IMG/VR virus record: IMGVR_UViG_3300045988_021153
Location: 1 to 41,572 of that record
DNA: 41,572 bases
Direction: 5' to 3' (one strand)
DNA from: a virus
Every line of letters begins with the position of its first letter. The stretch's first letter is position 1. A model generated the notes under the pieces. It saw only the letters and a program-made list of their open reading frames with translations, was not told where the DNA came from and did no database searches. A program made the position numbers and the translations under genes. Below are positions 1 through 6,749 of the stretch, in pieces.

Positions 1-141
1 CAAGGGCCGAAGGGCGACAAGGGAGACCCCGGTGTGCAGGGGCCGCGCGGTGAACAGGGCCCTGCCGGAGAACGAGGCCCGAAAGGAGAGCCTGGAACAC
101 CGGCGGTGACGGCGGCGGACAACGGAAAGTTCCTGCGGGTC
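1..141. repeat. Terminal direct repeat, copy 1 (identical to 41432..41572)
   Basis: Base-by-base identity read directly (caagggccgaagggcgacaag...ttcctgcgggtc). Confidence 0.95.
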
Positions 142-198
142 GTGAACGGAGTCTGGACGGCGGAGGCCGTTCCTTCGGCGGGAGGTGCGTCGTTTTGA
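1..198 (+). CDS. C-terminal part of a collagen-like tail fibre protein (continues 41099..41572 across the junction)
   Basis: Frame 1 reads QGPKGDKGDPGVQGPRGEQGPAGERGPKGEPG...VNGVWTAEAVPSAGGASF, with a TGA stop at 196..198. Position 1 is a codon start relative to the ATG at 41099. Confidence 0.8.
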   Translation, partial: QGPKGDKGDPGVQGPRGEQGPAGERGPKGEPGTPAVTAADNGKFLRVVNGVWTAEAVPSAGGASF

Positions 199-2096
199 GT
201 GAATATTTGACAAACGGTGCGGCGCTGACCCACACGGCAGACCGGATTCGCGCGAAAACCGGCTCGGCGGCAAAGCTCACTTGGGACGACGCAAAGGGCT
301 TCGGAGATGCGGTGGATGCGATTTCGGCAAAAGAAAGCATACAGCACGCGGAGATTCCGGACTATGTGAAGGCGGAGGCGCTTTCGGTGGCGGAGAAGGT
401 CAGGCGCGTCCTGAAAGACGACAGCATCGTATTTGCGGCGGTCTCCGACTTTCACCACACCGGGCCGCAGACGGACGGCTGGCAGACGAACATCAACGCC
501 GGAAATCTGCACGCCTGCATGGCGCTCAAGGTGCTGGCGTACAGCCTGCCGAGGCTCGATTTTGCATGTATGCTCGGCGATGTGACGTTCGGCAACGCAA
601 AGACCACGACCGAACTGATGCAGGCACAGTTTGACGAGATCAACGGCTGGCTCGGTGAGGCATGGCGCGATGTGCCGCAGTTCCGAACGGTCGGAAACCA
701 CGACACCGGAGAGTACAGCACGCTTGTCGGCGCGGCATTCCTGAAAAACAACATCGGGAAATACAACGAGGGCGCGGTCTATGGAAGCGCGGAATACGGC
801 TACTGCTATCGGGACTTTCCGGACAGAAAGCTGCGCGTGATCTGTCTGAACTCCTGTGAGGGCGAGACGACGGGAGGCGCAAGTGCTCCGAAAATCTTCT
901 CCGATGCGCAGCTGATGTGGTTTGCGGAGACGCTGAGCGATGCGGGAGGCAAGGCCGATGCCGCCAAGTGGGGCATCCTCGTGCTGGCACACTATCCGCT
1001 CGATCTGGGCGGCGCGTATCCCGCGGGAAACATCGTAAAGGCATATGTGAATGGAGAAGTAGCCGTTGTCGGAGGAGAACGGATCAATTTTCAGGGGAAA
1101 AACGCGGCGAAGTTCATCGCAAATGTCCACGGGCACAATCACTGCGTCCAGTTCGGAAAGCTCCACAGCGTGGAAAACGGAAAAGGCACACAGTTTGACG
1201 CATGGCGGATGTGCACGCCGAACGCCTGTTTTTACAGAAACAACTCCGGCGTCGTCACCATGTACGGAATCTCATTCGGCGATCCCGCGGCCTACGACAA
1301 GACGGCCGGAACGGGCAAGGACACGGCCTTTAATATCAACGTCATCAATCCGTCTGAGCAGGTGATCTATTCGTTCTGCTACGGCGCAGGAACGGACAGA
1401 ACCATCGGGTACGCGGCAACGGTCTATCACAGCATCACGAACACGCTGACGCATGTGACGACGAGCAATGACGCAGTCGCTGCCGAGGACGGCACGGAAT
1501 ATACGGCGGCGCTTTCGGCGGTGAGCGGCTACACGATGGAGACGGTCTCGGTCACGATGGGCGGCGTGGACATCACGGCCTCCGCCTACACGGAAAGCTC
1601 CGGTGTCATCCGCATCGCGAAGGTCACGGGCGACGTGGTCATTACGGCGAAGGCGGCAAAGGTTGTATCGTATCATAACCTTGTCCCGACCGCTGTGGAC
1701 ACGAGCGGGGCCTCTGCGCCGTATACGGATGGGCAGATGCTCAGCTCCAGCGGCGTATTGTCGGCAAGCAGCCACTTCACGACCACCGGCTTTATCCCAT
1801 TTGACGGCGGCGCGGTTCATATTTATCGCATCGGCGGTGACGGCGTTGCATGGAACGAATATGGCGCAAGGCTGGCGTGGTACAATGCCGACTTTTCGCT
1901 GAAGGGAAACGTACTTAGCTACAATCAGCTCGGGAACAGCATCTATTTCCCGACCAAGGTGGAGGACCCGAACGCCGCTGCGGCATTTTCTACGGACGAA
2001 AATGTCGCACCGCCGAAGGGGGCGAAGTATTTCCGTGTGTCTGCCAAGGGCAAGGGCGCGGATCTGATCGTAACACTGGACGAAGAAATCACATGA
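195..2096 (+). CDS. Tail fibre/spike protein with a calcineurin-like metallophosphoesterase domain
   Basis: 633 aa. The TTG start overlaps the upstream TGA. The N-terminal motif ALTHTADRIRAKTGSAAKLTWDD..FGDAVDAI is shared with 40237..41088. Phosphoesterase motifs: SDFHH, GDVTFG, GNHD, LAHYP, HGHNH. The C-terminus looks Ig-like plus lectin-like. Confidence 0.75.
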   Translation: MSEYLTNGAALTHTADRIRAKTGSAAKLTWDDAKGFGDAVDAISAKESIQHAEIPDYVKAEALSVAEKVRRVLKDDSIVFAAVSDFHHTGPQTDGWQTNINAGNLHACMALKVLAYSLPRLDFACMLGDVTFGNAKTTTELMQAQFDEINGWLGEAWRDVPQFRTVGNHDTGEYSTLVGAAFLKNNIGKYNEGAVYGSAEYGYCYRDFPDRKLRVICLNSCEGETTGGASAPKIFSDAQLMWFAETLSDAGGKADAAKWGILVLAHYPLDLGGAYPAGNIVKAYVNGEVAVVGGERINFQGKNAAKFIANVHGHNHCVQFGKLHSVENGKGTQFDAWRMCTPNACFYRNNSGVVTMYGISFGDPAAYDKTAGTGKDTAFNINVINPSEQVIYSFCYGAGTDRTIGYAATVYHSITNTLTHVTTSNDAVAAEDGTEYTAALSAVSGYTMETVSVTMGGVDITASAYTESSGVIRIAKVTGDVVITAKAAKVVSYHNLVPTAVDTSGASAPYTDGQMLSSSGVLSASSHFTTTGFIPFDGGAVHIYRIGGDGVAWNEYGARLAWYNADFSLKGNVLSYNQLGNSIYFPTKVEDPNAAAAFSTDENVAPPKGAKYFRVSAKGKGADLIVTLDEEIT

Positions 2097-2126
2097 CGGG
2101 CAATGCCCGCGAGAAAGGAGCACAAG

Positions 2127-2426
2127 ATGGAAGACGGGATTCAGGCGCAGATCGCCTCTGTGGAGGCGCGATGCAAGAGCAACTCGCACAGGATCGACGA
2201 GCTGGAGGCAGACAACAAGGCGCTGCATCAGCTGGCGACCTCGGTGGAGGTGCTGGCCACCAAGCAGGAGACGATCGAGGAAAACGTGAACGAGATCAAG
2301 GCCGATGTGAAAAGCCTCAAGGCGCTGCCGGGGAGCCGCTGGGAGGCGGTTGTGAAGGGCGTCATTACCGCGCTCATCGCGGGGCTGATCGGCTTTGCGC
2401 TGGCGAAGCTGGGGGTGGGTGGATGA
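2127..2426 (+). CDS. XhlA-like haemolysin/lysis-associated protein
   Basis: ATG at 2127 follows the RBS gagaaaggag. Coiled-coil region (IDELEADNKALHQLATSVEVL...) followed by a C-terminal TM helix (VITALIAGLIGFALAKLG). Lies directly upstream of holin and amidase genes, as in PBSX xhlA-xhlB-xlyA. Confidence 0.65.
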   Translation: MEDGIQAQIASVEARCKSNSHRIDELEADNKALHQLATSVEVLATKQETIEENVNEIKADVKSLKALPGSRWEAVVKGVITALIAGLIGFALAKLGVGG

Positions 2427-2683
2427 TGGAGTTCTCGAAGAAGTGGCTGCTCGGAAGCGGAATCGCCTGCGTGGTGCTGACGACCCTGTGCGCTTTCGGC
2501 CTGCCACTGGTGGAGATCACGCTTGCCGTTATCGCGGAGACGACGGCGAGCAGCGGCTTTTATCTTTGGAAGGCAAAGAACGAGAACCGGAGCAAGTACG
2601 CACTCAAGTACATCAAGAGCCTGCCGGAGACTTACACGGCAGAGGAAAAAGCACGGTTTCTGGAAATCGTGCTGAAAGACTGA
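2423..2683 (+). CDS. Small two-TM membrane protein, holin-like
   Basis: ATGA start/stop overlap with the upstream gene. MMEFSKKWLLGSGIACVVLTTLCAFGLPLVEITLAVIAETTASSGFYLW, then a charged tail. Confidence 0.6.
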   Translation: MMEFSKKWLLGSGIACVVLTTLCAFGLPLVEITLAVIAETTASSGFYLWKAKNENRSKYALKYIKSLPETYTAEEKARFLEIVLKD

Positions 2684-2698
2684 AAGGAGTAGAAATGT

Positions 2699-2923
2699 TT
2701 GGACGATAATAAGATAAACGAAATATGCGACAAAGCCAGATCTAAAGGTTGGCTGAATGGATTCGATTTTTCAATACTTATTCAAGAACTGACAATACCG
2801 GAAGGGGCATGGGTCATTGATACTGGAAATTTTGAAAATGTAAACGCCGAGGTGGCGCTTAGACTGATTGACAGAATCAGGCGGCATCCAATTATTTGGA
2901 AGTTATTTTTCATGGTAGCGTGA
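2699..2923 (+). CDS. Hypothetical protein on a low-GC 240-bp insert
   Basis: 74-aa ORF with a TTG start 9 nt after aaaggag. Markedly AT-rich relative to its flanks. Bracketed by the 11-bp direct repeat TGAAAGGAGTA. Confidence 0.45.
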   Translation: MDDNKINEICDKARSKGWLNGFDFSILIQELTIPEGAWVIDTGNFENVNAEVALRLIDRIRRHPIIWKLFFMVA

Positions 2924-2932
2924 AAGGAGTAC

Positions 2933-3163
2933 ATGCAAATGGATAATATCAAGAAACGGCTGGGGAATCTGCTGAGCGTGAAGTCGCTGGTGACGCTGGT
3001 GCTGACGGGCGTGTTCGCCTACATGGCGGTCGTTGGCAAAATCTCGCAGGACTTCATGACCATCTACGCGGTCATCATCGCGTTCTACTTCGGAACGCAG
3101 AGCCAGAAGCTTCAGGATGCGGTGGACGAGAAAGGAGGCGGCGCGGGAGATGCCGGTAATTAA
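2933..3163 (+). CDS. Holin
   Basis: 76 aa with two TM helices (LVTLVLTGVFAYMAVVG; IYAVIIAFYFGTQ) and a charged C-terminus. Overlaps the endolysin start. ATG at 2939 is an alternative start with better RBS spacing. Confidence 0.7.
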   Translation: MQMDNIKKRLGNLLSVKSLVTLVLTGVFAYMAVVGKISQDFMTIYAVIIAFYFGTQSQKLQDAVDEKGGGAGDAGN

Positions 3164-3845
3164 GGACGCTCTGACAAGCTGCAACCACAGCAAGGGCGGC
3201 TGCCGCCCGAAATACATCGTGGTGCATTATTTCGGGGCGCTCGGCACGGCTGCCAGCGTGGCGGAGTGGTTTAAAAATCCGCAGGCCAGAGCCAGCGCCC
3301 ACTATGCCGTGGATGAGAAGGACATCATCTACCGCTGCGTGAAGGAGTCCGACATTGCGTGGCACTGCGGCGACGGCCAGAAGCATCCGGAGTGCCGCAA
3401 CTGGAATTCCATCGGCGTGGAGGTTCGCCCGAGGAAGGTCGACAAGGCGCGTCTCGGCGCGTATGATACGGACTGGTACTTCGATGAGGCGACGCTTGAA
3501 AACGCCGTGTGGCTGATCAGGCGGCTCATGAAGCAGTACAACATCCCCGCAGAGAACGTCATCCGGCACTACGACGTGTCCGGGAAGATGTGTCCGAGGC
3601 CGTTTGTCGGGGACGATGTGAATACCCACTACAACACGTCCGGCAATGTGCAGTGGGCGAGATTTAAAGAAAGGATCGATGATGAAGTGGTAGAAAAATC
3701 GAAAATGATCGTGGACGGCAAGGAGGTCTCCGTCGAGCGCATCCTAAAGGACGGCACGAACTATGTCAAGGTGCGCGACATCGCCGCCGCGCTTGATCTG
3801 AAGGTGTCGAACAAGGGCAGCATCGCGGTGCTGGAAACGAAGTAA
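3150..3845 (+). CDS. Endolysin: N-acetylmuramoyl-L-alanine amidase (Amidase_2/PGRP type) with a C-terminal Cu-amine-oxidase-N-like wall-binding domain
   Basis: RBS aaaggagg precedes the ATG at 3150. Motifs: YIVVHY, ASAHYAVD, DIAWHCGD, NSIGVEV, RHYDVSGKMCP. C-terminus: DGKEVSVERILKDGTNYVKVRDIAAALDLKV. Confidence 0.9.
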   Translation: MPVIKDALTSCNHSKGGCRPKYIVVHYFGALGTAASVAEWFKNPQARASAHYAVDEKDIIYRCVKESDIAWHCGDGQKHPECRNWNSIGVEVRPRKVDKARLGAYDTDWYFDEATLENAVWLIRRLMKQYNIPAENVIRHYDVSGKMCPRPFVGDDVNTHYNTSGNVQWARFKERIDDEVVEKSKMIVDGKEVSVERILKDGTNYVKVRDIAAALDLKVSNKGSIAVLETK

Positions 3846-3854
3846 GGCAAGCCG

Positions 3855-4079
3855 ATGCTGCGGGGGCTGCCGAGTCTGAGCCGCAGCGATTGGGAGCATT
3901 TGATCGAGGAATGGATTTTGTCGGAGCGATACCGGCGAATCCTGAAACGGAAGATCCTTGACGATTGGAGCCACGAACGCATTGCCGAGCGCGAGGGCTT
4001 GAGCGTAAACGGCGTCAAGAAGATCATAGCGCGGTGCGTGATCGTACTGCGGGAACATGCAACAGAGCCGCCCGGATAG
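3855..4079 (+). CDS. Small sigma-70 region-4-like HTH protein
   Basis: 74 aa. LSERYRRILKRKILDDWSHERIAEREGLSVNGVKKIIARCV resembles a region-4/LuxR-type HTH. Confidence 0.55.
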   Translation: MLRGLPSLSRSDWEHLIEEWILSERYRRILKRKILDDWSHERIAEREGLSVNGVKKIIARCVIVLREHATEPPG

Positions 4080-4088
4080 GGCGGCTCT
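4064..4088 (+). terminator. Hairpin at the end of the HTH gene (no U-tract)
   Basis: agagccgccc-ggata-gggcggctct, a 10-bp stem. The stop codon lies in the loop. The hairpin is followed by tacag, so it is not a canonical intrinsic terminator. Confidence 0.35.
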
Positions 4089-4122
4089 TACAGCAGGAAC
4101 GAAAATTTAATATTCTGTTGCA

Positions 4123-4151
4123 TTTACAATGATCTTAATTTGTTCTATAAT
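4123..4151 (+). promoter_or_regulatory. Sigma-70-type promoter of the low-GC moron
   Basis: TTTACA (4123..4128), 17-nt spacer, TATAAT (4146..4151), lying 34 nt upstream of the ATG at 4185. Confidence 0.6.
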
Positions 4152-4184
4152 GGCATCAAAACTAGAGAAGGAGATCATACTACA

Positions 4185-4403
4185 ATGTGCAAGCCTATTT
4201 ATGCGAATTCACTGACTGTTACTGCGAACGAGGCAAAGAATGAATTCATTTTTACATTTAAGCATAAATATCCGGTAGTTGGAGCGAATGGCGTTGTGGA
4301 TAGCGATCAGGAAGAAACGGTGGCCGCAGTGATCGTAAATGAACAGTTGGCCGAGGCTCTTCCGGAGATGATGTCTAAAGTCCTAAGTGAGCAGGTGGAT
4401 TGA
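4185..4403 (+). CDS. Hypothetical protein, DUF3467-like pattern
   Basis: RBS gaaggag precedes the ATG at 4185. IYANSLTVTANEAKNEFIFTF...VAAVIVNEQLAEALPEMMSKVL resembles the YxN..v....sEFxxxF...A..L layout of DUF3467. This is from memory, not searched. Confidence 0.55.
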   Translation: MCKPIYANSLTVTANEAKNEFIFTFKHKYPVVGANGVVDSDQEETVAAVIVNEQLAEALPEMMSKVLSEQVD

Positions 4404-4762
4404 TGCCTAACTTTTTTGAAGTTGTAGATAGAAACGGAATAAAAGTTTACTGTACAAAAGAGCAGTGGGATTCTCATGTAGCTCTTAACCACAGCATTAT
4501 GGTTTCAAACGTCGACGCGATTGTGGAGACAATCAGGGAGCCGGAACTGGTTTTACCAAGTCACGACACGAATCCTCCACTGGATGAACGAAGGATATAC
4601 ACAAAAGAATCAAAAAGTGCTACATACTACCCGAAGCTCAAATATACGCACGTCGTTGTGTCTGTCTGCGGCGGATCGGGCGAAGTTGTAACCGCATATC
4701 CTAATAACAACAAGAAAAGCGGCTGTGGAGAAGGTGAGGCGATATATGTTGCAGAAGAATAG
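4403..4762 (+). CDS. Putative toxin-like protein (partner of the DUF2283-like gene)
   Basis: TGATG stop/start overlap. The pattern IKVYCTKEQWDSHVALNHSIMVSNVDAIVETIREPELVL...YTHVVVSV..GEVVTAYP is typical of small nuclease-fold toxin candidates encoded next to DUF2283 genes. Confidence 0.6.
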   Translation: MPNFFEVVDRNGIKVYCTKEQWDSHVALNHSIMVSNVDAIVETIREPELVLPSHDTNPPLDERRIYTKESKSATYYPKLKYTHVVVSVCGGSGEVVTAYPNNNKKSGCGEGEAIYVAEE

Positions 4763-5003
4763 CATCGGATTTGACTACGACAAGAAATTCGACGTCCTGT
4801 ACATTGCCCTCGGTGACCGCAGTAATTCTTACGGTGATGATTCCGACGGGAATGTGATCTATCTGAAAGACATTGACACGGATGAATTGACCGGGATAAC
4901 GATCATGAATTTTAAGAAGAAGTATATCGAGAATAAACTTCCTGCATTTTCAAAGAGCATCCGAAAGGTGCTGCATGACGCTGAGAAAGTAGTTATGCAG
5001 TAG
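4746..5003 (+). CDS. DUF2283-like protein (putative antitoxin)
   Basis: RBS aggtgagg precedes the ATG at 4746, which overlaps the upstream gene by 17 nt. Signature: GFDYDKKFDVLYIALGD...DGNVIYLKDIDTDELTGITIMNFKK. Confidence 0.65.
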   Translation: MLQKNSIGFDYDKKFDVLYIALGDRSNSYGDDSDGNVIYLKDIDTDELTGITIMNFKKKYIENKLPAFSKSIRKVLHDAEKVVMQ

Positions 5004-5021
5004 AGATTTTCAATCACACAG

Positions 5022-5051
5022 CAGCCGCCCTGTATGGGGTGGCTGTTTTTT
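5022..5051 (+). terminator. Intrinsic terminator of the moron
   Basis: cagccgccc-tgtatg-gggtggctg stem followed by tttttt. Confidence 0.8.
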
Positions 5052-5152
5052 GTCCGAAAAGTGGCCGGTAAGTTGGTTTTTTGTTCCGATGGCAGGGCGC
5101 ATAATGAGGATAGGAGCTGGCCAGCTTACTTTTTGATTCGGAGGATTTTTTT

Positions 5153-5683
5153 ATGGAATACGCAAGCAATGGCAAGGGCAACCTCGGTGTTACACTCGGC
5201 GCGATTGGAACCGGACTCGGCGTACTCGGCGGCGGGCTTGGAAACCTGCTTGGCGGCTGGGGCGGCATCGGTGCAAATCCGATGGCCGCTGCGGCGATGG
5301 CTGCCGGTGCGGTATGCAGCGAGAACACGCCGGTGACGCGCTACGCGCTCGAACAGCAGAAGACGATCTCGGAGAAGGACATGGAGATCGCATACTGGCG
5401 CGGGCAGGACGAGACGAATCGGAAGATCACGGAATCCTACAGCAAGCTGGAAAACCGTCTGATCGGTCTGGCGGCGGAAGTCCGCGCGAACAAGGATGAG
5501 CAGGTAGCCATCAACATGCAGCAGGCCGTGTACAACGGCACCAACACTGCGACGATTGGCTGCATCCAGAATCAGGTGGCTCAGCTGCTCGGGCTTACCA
5601 AGCTCGTCGTGCCGAACACCTCCGTGTGCCCCGGCTGGGGTGCGGCGAAAGTGACGGTTGAGCCTGCGACGGCGACCGCCTAA
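5153..5683 (+). CDS. Glycine-zipper/coiled-coil protein of unknown function
   Basis: RBS ggagg precedes the ATG at 5153. The N-terminus is GNLGVTLGAIGTGLGVLGGGLGNLLGGWGGIGANPMAAAAMAAGA, followed by a coiled-coil region. Confidence 0.7.
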   Translation: MEYASNGKGNLGVTLGAIGTGLGVLGGGLGNLLGGWGGIGANPMAAAAMAAGAVCSENTPVTRYALEQQKTISEKDMEIAYWRGQDETNRKITESYSKLENRLIGLAAEVRANKDEQVAINMQQAVYNGTNTATIGCIQNQVAQLLGLTKLVVPNTSVCPGWGAAKVTVEPATATA

Positions 5684-5690
5684 TGCAAAA

Positions 5691-5710
5691 GGGGCGGCAA
5701 GCGCCGCCCC
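5691..5710. terminator. GC-rich hairpin whose U-tract is only on the minus strand
   Basis: ggggcggc-aagc-gccgcccc, preceded by caaaa and followed by aaaaatt. It would terminate leftward (antisense) transcription better than rightward transcription. Confidence 0.4.
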
Positions 5711-5733
5711 AAAAATTAGATGGAGGTATCCTT

Positions 5734-6072
5734 ATGGTAACGATCGATCAGGCCATGCGCGGCGCGATGCGGTTTGCGGACAGTGAGATCATTCCGCACC
5801 TGCCGACCGGCAAGGGAATCGGCGCGGGAATTGCGCTGGCGCTCATTATGGATGGAGGCAAGGAGCGCTTGATGCAGCTAAAGGAGCATCCGGCGGTGCA
5901 GCTCATGGGCGTAATGGACGATGGCGGCAACATTGACATCGACCGGCTGTACAATGCCGCTCGCCCGAAGATGGAAGGACAGAAGCTGCCGGTGAATGTG
6001 CCCATCCTCGGCGAGCTGCGCTTTGATGTGGGCGATCTCGATAAGCTGTACAGATACATCAAGGAGGCGTGA
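5734..6072 (+). CDS. Hypothetical protein
   Basis: RBS atggaggt precedes the ATG at 5734. 112 aa, with a hydrophobic segment GKGIGAGIALALIM. Confidence 0.6.
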   Translation: MVTIDQAMRGAMRFADSEIIPHLPTGKGIGAGIALALIMDGGKERLMQLKEHPAVQLMGVMDDGGNIDIDRLYNAARPKMEGQKLPVNVPILGELRFDVGDLDKLYRYIKEA

Positions 6073-6074
6073 GC

Positions 6075-6542
6075 ATGAAGGAATATATTGAAAAGCTGTA
6101 CAAGGAGCTGGAAGCCGTCGCGGAGCGCCCGGTGACGCTCTGCCGCGCCGAGGAAGCCGGTGTATACGCAAACACCATCCGTGCGTTGGAAAAGCTGGAC
6201 GGGCGGCACGGAGCCTGCGAGGGGCTGACGCGCGAGGACGCGGAGGAATGGGCGGCGAGGATGGAAAACGCCGACGGCTCGACCGGGCCGCACTGGACGA
6301 TGGACCAAACGTCTGCCGTGGCGGATGCTCGCGGCATCGGGCGCGACGTTCCCCGCTGGGCGTGGGGCGTGGCGATGAACATGATGTACTCCGACTACTA
6401 CGGTGTGGCCGTGGACTTCGGCGTGAATCGCCCGGAGTTTTACGCTGCGCTGGCAGAGGCGTTTCTGATGGACAAGGACGGCCCCGGTCCGGAGGCAAAG
6501 CTGTGCGCGTATTATAGGGGGATCGTGGAGCGCGGGCGTTAG
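6075..6542 (+). CDS. Hypothetical protein
   Basis: RBS aaggagg lies 8 nt before the ATG at 6075. 155 aa with a conserved-looking core ENADGSTGPHWTMDQT...NMMYSDYY. Confidence 0.65.
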   Translation: MKEYIEKLYKELEAVAERPVTLCRAEEAGVYANTIRALEKLDGRHGACEGLTREDAEEWAARMENADGSTGPHWTMDQTSAVADARGIGRDVPRWAWGVAMNMMYSDYYGVAVDFGVNRPEFYAALAEAFLMDKDGPGPEAKLCAYYRGIVERGR

Positions 6543-6558
6543 CATTTTTGGTTAGCAT
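6538..6558 (+). repeat. Two direct GTTAGCAT repeats (candidate integrase arm-type sites, left of the core)
   Basis: GTTAGCAT occurs at 6538..6545 and 6551..6558. Confidence 0.5.
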
Positions 6559-6654
6559 TTTGTGTTTCGCTAATGCAAAAACACTTGCGTGAATGTGCAA
6601 TATATTATGCGTTCGTACAATGGCAAAAGTGCCAGGAAGCATTGATATATAAGG

Positions 6655-6695
6655 AAAAACCCGCAATCTCAATGGATTGCGGGTTTTCTGTTTTT
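6655..6695. terminator. Bidirectional intrinsic terminator
   Basis: aaaaa-acccgcaatc-tcaatg-gattgcgggt-tttctgttttt, a 10-bp perfect stem with an A-run before it and a T-run after it. Confidence 0.75.
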
Positions 6696-6721
6696 GGTGC
6701 TGATGGCGGGACTCGAACCCG
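6695..6721 (-). other. attP core: 3' end of a tRNA gene (T-arm, acceptor 3' strand, CCA)
   Basis: The reverse complement reads cgggTTCGAGTcccgc-catcagc-a-cca, i.e. T-loop, T-stem, 7-nt acceptor strand, discriminator and CCA. The 5' T-stem partner is broken (tcggg versus cccgc) and no D-arm or anticodon arm is present. Confidence 0.7.
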
Positions 6722-6749
6722 AAAGGTGATAGACAAAAGCCTTGCGGCA

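Noticed and set aside
2093-2683. 196-aa ORF covering the XhlA-like gene region.
   Set aside because: Its first about 110 codons are a Gly/Arg-rich out-of-frame overlap of the XhlA-like gene. Only the segment from the ATG at 2423 (ATGA coupling, two TM helices) looks real.
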